A stretch of DNA of 24,000 nt from Methanocella conradii HZ254 (GCF_000251105.1 NC_017034.1:1643161-1667160); one strand, 5' to 3'. Positions 16,864 to 24,000 are shown, numbered from the stretch's first letter. Translations and numbers: made by a program. Notes: generated by a model from the letters alone, not told the origin.

Positions 16864-16930
16864 ATATGCTGGTTAAAGGCAAACCAGAGAAGACGGGTCC
16901 GATTAATAAAGCTACCAATGAGCACGAAGC

Positions 16931-17098
16931 TCACTTTTCAGAGGCTTTCCCGCGCTCGATCAGTTCCCTTACTTTCTGGCCACCTTTATGCCCGATCTGC
17001 CTGTAAAACTCGGGGCCATGCCTCTCCTTGGTGGTAGTCCCACCGCGTCTTCCTGCCTCTCTAACACTGATCTCTCCTTTCGATTCCTTTTTGGCCAT
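16931..17098 (-). CDS. Small hydrophilic stress protein with LEA group 1 (Em-like) / KGG motif
   Basis: Below the ORF-track size cut-off, so I translated it myself: MAKKESKGEISVREAGRRGGTTTKERHGPEFYRQIGHKGGQKVRELIERGKASEK (55 aa). The core RRGGTTTKERHGPEFYRQIGHKGG matches the hydrophilic 20-mer of group 1 LEA / bacterial KGG stress proteins (..RGGQTRKEQLG.EGY.EMGRKGG..). Confidence 0.6.
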   Translation of the reverse strand: MAKKESKGEISVREAGRRGGTTTKERHGPEFYRQIGHKGGQKVRELIERGKASEK

Positions 17099-17200
17099 AG
17101 ATTATCACTATAAAGAAAATCTACCAGCGGGTTTATAAGAATATGCCAAATTAAACGAGAGAAACTTAAAAAAAGGAAAAAGAAATGTGTGCTTTATGAT

Positions 17201-17602
17201 TTATTTCTTGGGCGACTTTGACTTGGGCAGCTTAAATAGCTCCTTCGGGTTTCTGTCAAGTTCGCTGTACTGCAAGGTTGCCGTACCTAGCTTCTCGACG
17301 TTCGCCTTATATATCTTACCGCCCCTCGCCTTCGCGGCCTCCTTAATCCAGGCTGGCGCGCTCTTTGGCACGGGAACGAGCTCCCTCTTTCCCAGGAAAT
17401 AGTGCAGCTTCTTTGTGCCCTTCTCCCTTAGTATTATGTTAGTAATGCCCCTGTTTGCAGCCTTAAGGGCAGCGTCTCTGGGCTGTGCGCCGCTGTAAGT
17501 GCCTATTTCTTCACCGTTCTCATTGATCAATCCAAAATTTTTCTTCTCTCTGTCTGCCGTAATTTTGGCCTCCTCTAAAGCATACGTATGAAACCGGCTC
17601 AT
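17201..17602 (-). CDS. Chromatin protein MC1 family, extended form
   Basis: Residues ~21-113 align by eye with methanogen chromosomal protein MC1: NFGLINENGEEIGTYSGAQPRDAALKAANRG...ILREKGTKKLHYF...VPVPKSAPAWI...KANVEKL, compared with RNFVLRDEDGNEHGVFTGKQPRQAALKAANRG...RLRERGTKKVHVF...APKNRPAWM. Extra N-terminal (~20 aa) and C-terminal (~20 aa) segments end in KSKSPKK. Confidence 0.9.
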   Translation of the reverse strand: MSRFHTYALEEAKITADREKKNFGLINENGEEIGTYSGAQPRDAALKAANRGITNIILREKGTKKLHYFLGKRELVPVPKSAPAWIKEAAKARGGKIYKANVEKLGTATLQYSELDRNPKELFKLPKSKSPKK

Positions 17603-17712
17603 ATATAACGATTTTTGTCTATGCTACGAAAAACGGGGGGAATTATGCCGAAATATATTACCTTTCATCTAATAGCTTAAAAAGCTAGCGCTTAGTTTAG
17701 GGACGAAAAAGG

Positions 17713-18333
17713 CTATTCTGCCTTTTGCCCGCCATCAGCGGGAAACTCGCCGGTGACCCAGCACGCATTATTTTTCCTGAAGGCAATCTCCTCACGCTGA
17801 AGCATGGAGTCAATCGTGCTCTTTTTCAGCCCCATTTTCTGGTATTCGGCGAGAAGCTGTTTCTTCCTGCGCTCCCACCGACCGCTTATATTTTTCAGGT
17901 CCTCGTATGCCTTCTGCCGCAGCTCAGGAGTTGTGCAACTAGAGGCATCCCTCATGTTAAGCCTCATAAAAATATCCTTATGCGGAGCGGGAAACGCGAC
18001 TTTTTTGGCCGGTGCGGCTTGTGCCGGAGGCCTGACAGGCGTGGCTCCGCCACGTATGAACTGTCCGCCAAGCTCCCTGCACATGGCCTCTAATTCCTTT
18101 AAAAAGGCCTCGTCTTTGGATTCGACGAACAATGTCATCGGCTGGTTTTCTGTGAAGGTGTCCTCCATTATCATCTCGATGACGCTCTTATCTATATAAA
18201 CGCCGTCGCCGGTGGCCTCATTCACCCAGCCGCTCTTCCTGTCATCCCATGACATGCCATATTTCTTGATTATCCTCTTAATTTTCAGCTTGTTATCAGA
18301 ATAGGTCTTGTGCGAGAAAACTATGGTGATCAT
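17713..18333 (-). CDS. Hypothetical protein (two domains joined by a Pro/Ala-rich linker)
   Basis: 206-aa ORF with an ATG start and no signal peptide. The N-terminal ~95 aa look like a mixed alpha/beta segment. The linker is ATPVRPPAQAAPAKKVAFPAP. The C-terminal ~85 aa are a charged helical segment. I recognise no motif. Confidence 0.55.
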   Translation of the reverse strand: MITIVFSHKTYSDNKLKIKRIIKKYGMSWDDRKSGWVNEATGDGVYIDKSVIEMIMEDTFTENQPMTLFVESKDEAFLKELEAMCRELGGQFIRGGATPVRPPAQAAPAKKVAFPAPHKDIFMRLNMRDASSCTTPELRQKAYEDLKNISGRWERRKKQLLAEYQKMGLKKSTIDSMLQREEIAFRKNNACWVTGEFPADGGQKAE

Positions 18334-18387
18334 AAATATCAGGGCCGCAGGCCATCTATTCTATCACCTGTGACCCCATATATTTTA

Positions 18388-19203
18388 CTAGGCAGTGCAA
18401 TCCTCCATGTATAGGTCAAAGCTTAAATAAGCGGGGGCTGGCCCTAAGGCTTCCTGGCCTCCGGTGGCAATGCTCTTCACATATGCCTGCCACTGCCTAT
18501 AGAACGTGCCAAAATCCAGCCCGGTGCACAAAATGAAAGCCTTCTCGAAGTCCGTCTCAGGGCATTTCAGCATGCTAATGACAGCCGAAACCCCAAACTT
18601 TTTCACCATGAACTTGACCAGGCTATATGACTGCAGGTAGCCGTTCTTAGAAATGCTATAGTCCTCGCTATCGACCGCTTTAGCTATTTCGGCGGGCGTC
18701 AAGAACCCTTTGCCCATAATGAATTTTGAGACCTTCACGTCGCTGAACGGCTCCTTCGAGAAGACCATGCAAATGCCCTCCTCCATCCACGAAAATTCCC
18801 TGGAATCCTTATTCGCGAGGATATTATTTAGGCCCAGGTGGCATATCTCGTGCTCTGCAACGATTCTCAGGGAGTTCTTATCCTTCAGGGTCTCCTCACG
18901 GAGCACGATAGTGCTTGACTTCGTATTCCACGCCGAAAAGGCTTCGACGTGCTCCCCAACCTTGTCCATAGTCTTCTTGCCCACTACCAGCACTTTGATA
19001 GAATCGGGGCAGGCGCCCATGTATCCGTTTATTTCGCTATAGGCGTTCTCAAGTGTCCGGCCGACATCGCTATACCCGCTATCGGGCAAGGCATCAGAAT
19101 AGTAAATCTCGAAGTGCCTGGTCTTTTCTCCCAGGGCCGTCGCGTTTGCCATACCTGCCATTAGGATTAAAAAAATACAGGTAAATGCCATCCAGCGTCT
19201 CAT
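18388..19203 (-). CDS. Secreted putative zinc metallopeptidase (HExxH...E, peptidase MA-clan, Peptidase_MA_2-like)
   Basis: Signal peptide MRRWMAFTCIFLILMAGMANA. HExxH lies in RIVAEHEICHLG, followed about 20 aa later by SWMEEGICMVF, which is the gluzincin third-ligand pattern HExxH...W..EG. Confidence 0.55.
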   Translation of the reverse strand: MRRWMAFTCIFLILMAGMANATALGEKTRHFEIYYSDALPDSGYSDVGRTLENAYSEINGYMGACPDSIKVLVVGKKTMDKVGEHVEAFSAWNTKSSTIVLREETLKDKNSLRIVAEHEICHLGLNNILANKDSREFSWMEEGICMVFSKEPFSDVKVSKFIMGKGFLTPAEIAKAVDSEDYSISKNGYLQSYSLVKFMVKKFGVSAVISMLKCPETDFEKAFILCTGLDFGTFYRQWQAYVKSIATGGQEALGPAPAYLSFDLYMEDCTA

Positions 19204-19228
19204 GATTAGCCATAGTATCTCATTTTAT

Positions 19229-19681
19229 TTATTCTGTCATGCAAGATTTAACGGCCGTGGGACTAACATCAGATTTTTCTACCTCTACGTGGAGGACGAA
19301 TTTTTCTATAGGCCTTCCTTGCAGGCTTTCGAGCGTGCACGTCACATTTTGATGGCCTCGCCCTATCGCCCTTATGTCGAAACATCGTATACCATAGGGG
19401 TTTTTTACCATGTGGCGGATGGATACGATTGGGTCGGGGAAAGAAGGGAGGGCGATATCGCGCTCCAGCGCCAGCCCATCCGAAGCCTCGATGCACCATA
19501 TGAGACCGCTGGCAGGCCTCTCATGAAGCCTTATCTCAATAAGCGTGCCCTGCGATACCACGATGGTACTATTATTATCGGCTTCGGTCAGCACAGGGGG
19601 ATAGCTCATCCTCATAAAGCCTAAAGAAAAGATGAGGGCAATGGCGACAAGCGCCAACGGGGCTAATCTAAAATTCACCAT
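19229..19681 (-). CDS. Membrane-anchored/secreted chagasin-like (peptidase inhibitor I42 fold) protein, with divergent motifs
   Basis: STIVVSQGTLIEIRLHERPASGLIWCIE parallels chagasin ATLTVAVGELVEIQLPSNPTTGFAWYFE. The later CFDIRAIGRGHQNVTCTLESLQGRPIEKFVLHVEV parallels HFHVTVKAAGTHAVNLTYMRPW...FTVYLKA. I use ATG 19681 (MVNFRLAPLALVAIALIFSLG, a hydrophobic anchor). The track start at 19786 would overlap the divergent methylase gene. Confidence 0.5.
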   Translation of the reverse strand: MVNFRLAPLALVAIALIFSLGFMRMSYPPVLTEADNNSTIVVSQGTLIEIRLHERPASGLIWCIEASDGLALERDIALPSFPDPIVSIRHMVKNPYGIRCFDIRAIGRGHQNVTCTLESLQGRPIEKFVLHVEVEKSDVSPTAVKSCMTE

Positions 19682-19786
19682 ACTATTAGCCAGTACAAGG
19701 AGGCAAGATAAGAATATAAGCCGAAGAAATGGCGGCACCTGAGAAAAATAAAAATATGGGTAAAATGACTTATGATGCGAGTGCAC

Positions 19787-20380
19787 ATGAAAAAAAGAAA
19801 GCTGGAAATGCTACTCGAGCAGGTTGAAGGCTTCAGGTCTCCAGACGTGAGGCGCGAGCAGTATGCCACGCCAGCGGTGGTGGCAGCCGAGCTGCTATAC
19901 TTTGCGTACATGAATGGCGACCTAATGGGCACTGTGGCAGACCTGGGGTGCGGCACGGGCATACTGGCTATCGGGGCAGGCCTTCTCGGAACAAAAAAGA
20001 TTATAGGCATTGACAGCGATATAGGTGCGCTAAAGATAGCAAAGCAAAACGCAAAGCGGCTCGGCGTGGAAATAGAATGGGTTTGCTGCGACGTGAGAGA
20101 CTTTTGCGGGCGTTTCGATACGGTGGTAATGAATCCCCCCTTTGGAGCGCAGGAAAAAGGGAGCGATAGGCCATTTCTTGATAAGGCCCTCGAAATCGGG
20201 AGCGTCATCTACTCGATACATAATGCAGGCTCTGCCGATTTTATAAGGGGCTACATCGATGGCAGGGGGGAAGTAACGGATATCGTCGCCCTGAAGTTTC
20301 CAATGCGGCATACCTTTAAATTTCACAGGAAAGAAATAGCATTAATAAATGTCGAGCTGTACAGGATAATAAGAAAATAG
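19787..20380 (+). CDS. METTL5/COG2263-family SAM-dependent N6-adenine RNA methyltransferase
   Basis: Motif [16 protein letters not shown] and motif IV VMNPPFG. The N-terminus [28 protein letters not shown] is typical of this family. The preferred start is ATG 19787 (track start 19772). Confidence 0.75.
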   Translation: MKKRKLEMLLEQVEGFRSPDVRREQYATPAVVAAELLYFAYMNGDLMGTVADLGCGTGILAIGAGLLGTKKIIGIDSDIGALKIAKQNAKRLGVEIEWVCCDVRDFCGRFDTVVMNPPFGAQEKGSDRPFLDKALEIGSVIYSIHNAGSADFIRGYIDGRGEVTDIVALKFPMRHTFKFHRKEIALINVELYRIIRK

Positions 20381-20391
20381 CAGGGAAGAAC

Positions 20392-20955
20392 ATGCCAGAA
20401 GGAGAATTCGTCATACCCGGAGACATGATAGGGACTTCAGAAGAGTTCATTCCGGGAAAGGGCACTTATGAAGATAAAGGTAACATCTACGCCGTTACTA
20501 CTGGAAGGGTCGTATACAATAAGAAGGAAAGGAGCGTATCCGTGGAGCCGGTAACGAATACCCCGCCCACGCCCAGGGAAGGCGACATCGTCATAGGACG
20601 CGTCACGGACATAAAGGGCTCGGTGGCCCTGGTTGAGCTTTCCCGCATCAAGGGCCACCTGGACCGTGAGATAGCGGGCAACACGCAGGCGGCTATCCAC
20701 ATATCCAACGTCAAGGATTCCTACGTCCAGGACCTATCGAGGGAGTTCGGCTACCAGGATATAGTCAAGGCGAAGGTGATAGACACTAAGAACATGCGCC
20801 TATCTACAGTGGATAAGAATCTGGGCGTCTTGACCTCCCAGTGCCAGAGATGCAGGGTAACGCTGGTCCTGGAGGGCAATAGGCTTAAGTGCCCGAAGTG
20901 CGAGAAGAGGGAGACCAGAAAGCTCTCTTCAGATTATGGGAAGGGCATAATATAA
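20392..20955 (+). CDS. csl4: Exosome complex RNA-binding subunit Csl4
   Basis: 187-aa ORF. N-terminal domain VIPGDMIGTSEEFIPGKGTY, S1 domain GDIVIGRVTDIKGSVALVEL...IHISNV, and a C-terminal zinc ribbon CQRC...CPKC. Confidence 0.85.
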   Translation: MPEGEFVIPGDMIGTSEEFIPGKGTYEDKGNIYAVTTGRVVYNKKERSVSVEPVTNTPPTPREGDIVIGRVTDIKGSVALVELSRIKGHLDREIAGNTQAAIHISNVKDSYVQDLSREFGYQDIVKAKVIDTKNMRLSTVDKNLGVLTSQCQRCRVTLVLEGNRLKCPKCEKRETRKLSSDYGKGII

Positions 20956-20965
20956 GGTGGTTTTT

Positions 20966-21250
20966 ATGGATGTCAAGGTTCTAAAGAAGACTGATACGGA
21001 GATCGAGCTTGAGATAAAGGGCGAGGACCACACGCTTTTGAACGCATTGAAGGCTTCGCTTCTCAATGATAAGGATGTCAAGGTCGCTACGTATGACATA
21101 GAGTTTCCAGGGATAAGCAACCCGGTCCTCTTCGTCAGGACGACTGGCTCTGAGGACCCGATTGAAGCCATCAAGAAGGCCGCTAAGGGCCTGGCAGGCG
21201 AATGTGAGGCCTTCATGGAGCTGTTCTCACAGAAGGCTAAGGCGTTCTAA
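20966..21250 (+). CDS. rpoL: DNA-directed RNA polymerase subunit L (Rpo11)
   Basis: MDVKVLKKTDTEIELEIKGEDHTLLNALKASLL...VKVATYDIEFPGISNPVLFVRT, containing the EDHTL motif. ATG 20966 is preceded by AAGGTGG. The track start at 20957 is GTG. Confidence 0.85.
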   Translation: MDVKVLKKTDTEIELEIKGEDHTLLNALKASLLNDKDVKVATYDIEFPGISNPVLFVRTTGSEDPIEAIKKAAKGLAGECEAFMELFSQKAKAF

Positions 21251-21253
21251 TTG

Positions 21254-21268
21254 AGCCTTTTTATCTAT
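21254..21268 (+). promoter_or_regulatory. TATA-like element upstream of trm56 (possible leaderless or short-leader mRNA)
   Basis: CCTTTTTATCTATTT is centred about 26-30 nt upstream of the candidate starts at 21288/21294, and there is no Shine-Dalgarno in between. The spacing matches archaeal TATA-to-TSS distance. This is an inference. Confidence 0.3.
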
Positions 21269-21293
21269 TTTTTGACCGTTTTTTGTGATGCTT

Positions 21294-21830
21294 ATGAGCG
21301 AGATCGTGGTATTACGCCTGGGACACAGGCCAGAAAGGGACGCCAGGGTGACCACCCATGTTGGGCTAACCGCAAGGGCGCTGGGCGCGAGCGGGATGCT
21401 TCTTACCTCTAGTGATAAGTCCGTGGCCGGGAGCATAGAAGGCGTAGTCAAGAGCTGGGGCGGCGATTTCTGGGTGAAAACCGGCGTAAGCTACCGCTCC
21501 GCCATAAAGAAATGGAAAGAAGCGGGCGGCGTCGTCGTCCATTTGACCATGTATGGCATAAACATGCCAGAGCGTATAGGCAAGCTGAGGGAGGAGTATA
21601 GGGTGAAGGATATCATGGTTGTGGTGGGGGCGGAGAAGGTTCCAGGCGATGTCTATGGGCTGGCAGACTATAATATAGCGGTGGGTAACCAGCCCCACTC
21701 AGAGATAGCCGCGCTTGCCCTATTCCTGGACTGGCTGCAGGATGGCAAGGAATTTGAAAGGGCTTTTGAAGGTGGCGAGCTCATGATAATGCCGAGCGAG
21801 CATGGCAAAAGCGTGGTCAGGAAGCAATAA
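21294..21830 (+). CDS. trm56: tRNA (cytidine56-2'-O)-methyltransferase aTrm56 (SPOUT)
   Basis: MSEIVVLRLGHRPERDARVTTHVGLTARALGASGMLL is the hallmark N-terminus of archaeal Trm56. The C-terminal part NIAVGNQPHSEIAALALFLD fits the family. The track start is GTG 21285. Confidence 0.85.
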   Translation: MSEIVVLRLGHRPERDARVTTHVGLTARALGASGMLLTSSDKSVAGSIEGVVKSWGGDFWVKTGVSYRSAIKKWKEAGGVVVHLTMYGINMPERIGKLREEYRVKDIMVVVGAEKVPGDVYGLADYNIAVGNQPHSEIAALALFLDWLQDGKEFERAFEGGELMIMPSEHGKSVVRKQ

Positions 21831-21840
21831 AGGTGTGTCG

Positions 21841-22923
21841 ATGGCGCCGTCAATCCTCGTGGTCGGCTATAACGCTCGCGTAATGGCGTGCCCCGCCAGA
21901 AGGGCAGGCTATAAGGTCTACTCTTTAAGCCATTATGACGACCTGGACCTTTTGAGGTGCGTGGAGAAGAACTTTACCTTTAGCGGTGAGCTGCCATCTG
22001 ATATAAGGCCCTGGCTTGACCATCTTGACGTAGACTATGTCGTCCTAGGCTCTGGCTTTGAAGGCCTGGACCTGCCAGCCTCGCTGGTGCTCGGTAATGA
22101 CCCTAAGGTGGCCAGGGACGTGATAAACAAGGTCTGGCTGGCCGAAAAGCTGAATAAACTGGGATTGCCGCATCCTCGCATATTCAGGAAGAAAGGGGAC
22201 ATTGCTTTTCCATGCGTCGCAAAACCTATTAAGGGAGGAGGCGGGGTTAAGAATTTTTTGGTAAAAGATGAGTCGATGCTACCCGATGGCGACGAGTATT
22301 TCCTGCAGGAATACGTGGAGGGTAAGCCTCTAAGCGTGTCGGTGCTATCCACGGGCAGCGAGGCGATGCCCATCTCGGTGAACGAGATACTCGTGGGCAA
22401 AAAGTGGCTGGGACAGTGCCGCGAGTTCGGGTATTGCGGAAATGTAACGCCATATGAGACCCGCTTTAAGCGGCAGATGTTCGACATTGCGAGGGAGCTT
22501 GTGCCTGCGCTGGGGCTTGTCGGCCATAATGGCATAGACTTTATAGTGAATAAGGACGGCCCAATGGTGCTTGAGGTCAACCCGCGTTTTACTGGCGCAG
22601 TGGACTCCGTAGAGCTAGCTACAGGAGAAAACCTTTTCAAAGCTCACGTAGACGCCATAAACGGTAAGCTGCACGAATATCGCATAAGGCGATACGGCGC
22701 TAAAGCCATACTGTTCGCCCGTAGGCACACGGTGGTAAGGGGGAGCCTGCTCAAGCCCATGATAGCGGATGTGCCAAAGCCTGGAAACGTGTACGAGAAT
22801 GGGGAGGCCATATGTACGATAATGGGGGCTGGCAGGACCAGGGGCGAGGCGATTGGCAGGCTCAAGGAAAGGCTCGGCTTCGTAAAAAAGAGCCTGTACA
22901 CGGCCAGGGCATACAAAACCTGA
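21841..22923 (+). CDS. ATP-grasp domain protein (predicted carboligase, specificity unknown)
   Basis: Pre-ATP-grasp Rossmann-like N-terminus SILVVGYNARVMA. ATP-grasp core: KVWLAEKLNKLGLPHP...PCVAKPIKGGGGVKNFLV...FLQEYVEGKPLSVSVL...IDFIVNKDGPMVLEVNPRFTG. ATG 21841 is preceded by AGGTG (21831-35), 10 nt after the trm56 stop. Confidence 0.7.
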   Translation: MAPSILVVGYNARVMACPARRAGYKVYSLSHYDDLDLLRCVEKNFTFSGELPSDIRPWLDHLDVDYVVLGSGFEGLDLPASLVLGNDPKVARDVINKVWLAEKLNKLGLPHPRIFRKKGDIAFPCVAKPIKGGGGVKNFLVKDESMLPDGDEYFLQEYVEGKPLSVSVLSTGSEAMPISVNEILVGKKWLGQCREFGYCGNVTPYETRFKRQMFDIARELVPALGLVGHNGIDFIVNKDGPMVLEVNPRFTGAVDSVELATGENLFKAHVDAINGKLHEYRIRRYGAKAILFARRHTVVRGSLLKPMIADVPKPGNVYENGEAICTIMGAGRTRGEAIGRLKERLGFVKKSLYTARAYKT

Positions 22924-22990
22924 TAAAATATATAAACATACATTGAAACATTATAAGCACTCAAAATTTAATTTCCAGCAAGGTGAAATC

Positions 22991-23503
22991 GTGTCTGTTC
23001 TTGAGAACAAGGCGATAAGCGGCTATTTACACAAGCTAGTTGGGGACGACGGAATAAAAATAATAGAAAAAATACTTGAAAAGGCTCCCGACAAAGAGCT
23101 GACGGATGAAAAGGTCGCCGAGATAAGCGGAATAAACCTCAACCTGGTCCGTAAAACGCTATACATCTTATACGAAAACCACCTCGCCATTTATAGGCGG
23201 GAGAGGGATAAGGATAGTGGCTGGCTGACATACCTGTGGAAGCTCGACCTGGGTAACGCCGAGAACATGCTTAAGAACGAGACGAAGAAGCTCGTAAGAA
23301 AGCTGGAAAGGCGCCTCGAGTTCGAGAATAACGAGTTTTATATTTGCTCGGCAGAGCCTCCGCACAGGATACTATTCGACTACGCCGTTGATACTAACTT
23401 TACGTGCCCGGTGGATGGCACCCCCATGACCTATTATGATAATGCGATGGAAAAGCAGGCCATCGAGAGCAGGCTTGAGAAGCTTAAGCAAATGATTGGA
23501 TAA
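22991..23503 (+). CDS. tfe: Transcription factor E (TFE alpha, TFIIE-alpha homologue)
   Basis: Winged-helix part: LVGDDGIKIIEKILEKAPDKELTDEKVAEISGINLNLVRKTLYILYENHLAIYRRERDKDSGWLTYLWKL. Zinc-ribbon-like part: YICS...FTCPVDG. GTG 22991 is preceded by AAGGTGA. The track start TTG 22943 seems too far upstream. Confidence 0.85.
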   Translation: MSVLENKAISGYLHKLVGDDGIKIIEKILEKAPDKELTDEKVAEISGINLNLVRKTLYILYENHLAIYRRERDKDSGWLTYLWKLDLGNAENMLKNETKKLVRKLERRLEFENNEFYICSAEPPHRILFDYAVDTNFTCPVDGTPMTYYDNAMEKQAIESRLEKLKQMIG

Positions 23504-24000
23504 TGATAGCACTTACAAAAAAGGATGCCCTGGACCTTTTAAAAAAATATGGGGCAGATAAGCGCTTAATGGACCATCTTTGGGCCGTCCACGACTACGC
23601 TATGGAGATTGCGGAAAAGGCCTCCTGTGATCGGAGCCTGGTAGAAGTGGGCTCGCTCCTGCACGATATAGGCCGCACGAGGTCTCACGGCATAGATCAC
23701 GCTATAGTCGGCGCTGAGATTTTGAGAAAAGAAGGCGTAGATGAGCGCGTCGTTAACATAGTAGAGCGGCATATCGGCGCCGGCCTGACGCCGGAAGAGG
23801 CTGAAAAGCTGGGATTACCCCCAAGGGATTACGTGCCAAAGTCTATCGAGGAAAAGATAGTCTGCCACGCCGACAACCTGATAGGCAGTAGTGAGCGCAT
23901 CTCTATCAAGGATACCATAAAGATGGCCAGCCAAAAATGGTCCCCGTCTTCAGTGGACCGCTTGATAGAGATGCACTTTGAGGTGTTCAAGCCCGACGTC
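23503..24000 (+). CDS. HD-domain (HDIG-type) metal-dependent phosphohydrolase, partial (runs off the right edge)
   Basis: Not in the ORF track because it is open-ended. My translation: MIALTKKDALDLLKKYGADKRLMDHLWAVHDYAMEIAEKASCDRSLVEVGSLLHDIGRTRSHGIDHAIVGAEILRKEGVDERVVNIVERHIGAGL... It carries the H..HD..H..RH pattern. Its ATG overlaps the tfe stop (TAATG at 23501-23505). Confidence 0.75.
   Translation, partial: MIALTKKDALDLLKKYGADKRLMDHLWAVHDYAMEIAEKASCDRSLVEVGSLLHDIGRTRSHGIDHAIVGAEILRKEGVDERVVNIVERHIGAGLTPEEAEKLGLPPRDYVPKSIEEKIVCHADNLIGSSERISIKDTIKMASQKWSPSSVDRLIEMHFEVFKPDV

Noticed and set aside
16652-16876. 74-aa + ORF (and 16591..16794, 16752..16934) around the tRNA
   Set aside because: They overlap the tRNA-Cys gene or its flanks and have no protein-like features.
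19682-19786. N-terminal 35-aa extension of the I42-like ORF (track start 19786)
   Set aside because: It would overlap the divergent methyltransferase start and encodes an odd His/Tyr/Phe-rich peptide. The internal ATG at 19681 begins directly with a signal-anchor-like segment.
22035-22640. 201-aa minus-strand ORF inside the ATP-grasp gene (similar cases at 19675..20208, 13326..13748 and 4669..5151)
   Set aside because: All lie fully within better-supported genes on the other strand. They have Ser/Pro/Thr-rich low-complexity translations and no recognisable motifs.
1-24000. Scan for CRISPR arrays, tandem repeats, transposase/IS elements, toxin-antitoxin pairs and known defence-system gene sets
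   Set aside because: I saw no regularly spaced direct repeats, no transposase-like ORF and no nuclease/helicase/ATPase combinations typical of defence islands. The window is mostly housekeeping.

Overview
Densely coding, roughly 50% G+C chromosomal segment from an archaeon. The gene content points to a methanogen of the Methanomicrobia/Methanocella type: MC1 chromatin protein, TFE, Rpo11/RpoL, exosome Csl4, aTrm56, geranylgeranyl reductase and AlaX. This taxonomic call is an inference from gene content only. I can support about 28 protein genes, including three that are absent from the ORF track: a left-edge antiporter fragment, a 55-aa LEA/KGG stress protein and a right-edge HD-domain gene. 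There is also one tRNA-Cys(GCA). Most of the window is housekeeping: a type-II ABC importer, AlaX, GGR, YgiQ radical SAM, MscS plus an APC-Usp permease, PyrF, SppA, and the cluster methylase-Csl4-RpoL-Trm56-ATP-grasp-TFE-HD. I found no CRISPR array, no recognisable defence or toxin system and no clear mobile element. The parts that deserve a second look are listed here. (1) A low-GC patch at 7.15-9.2 kb holds a pentapeptide-repeat gene, a 460-bp spacer of about 20% GC with a reiterated 11-mer, and a XerA-like tyrosine recombinase whose stop codon sits in a perfect palindrome. It is followed by a 280-nt GC-rich structured non-coding stretch. (2) A minus-strand string at 16.9-19.7 kb encodes a secreted chagasin-fold (I42-like) protein, a secreted HExxH peptidase, a two-domain unknown, an extended MC1 protein with an SPKK tail, and a LEA-group-1-like mini-protein. 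(3) The ABC ATPase carries an uncharacterised C-terminal domain. (4) The tRNA-Cys has an apparent A73 discriminator. All functional calls rest on motifs I read in the translations. No database search was possible.
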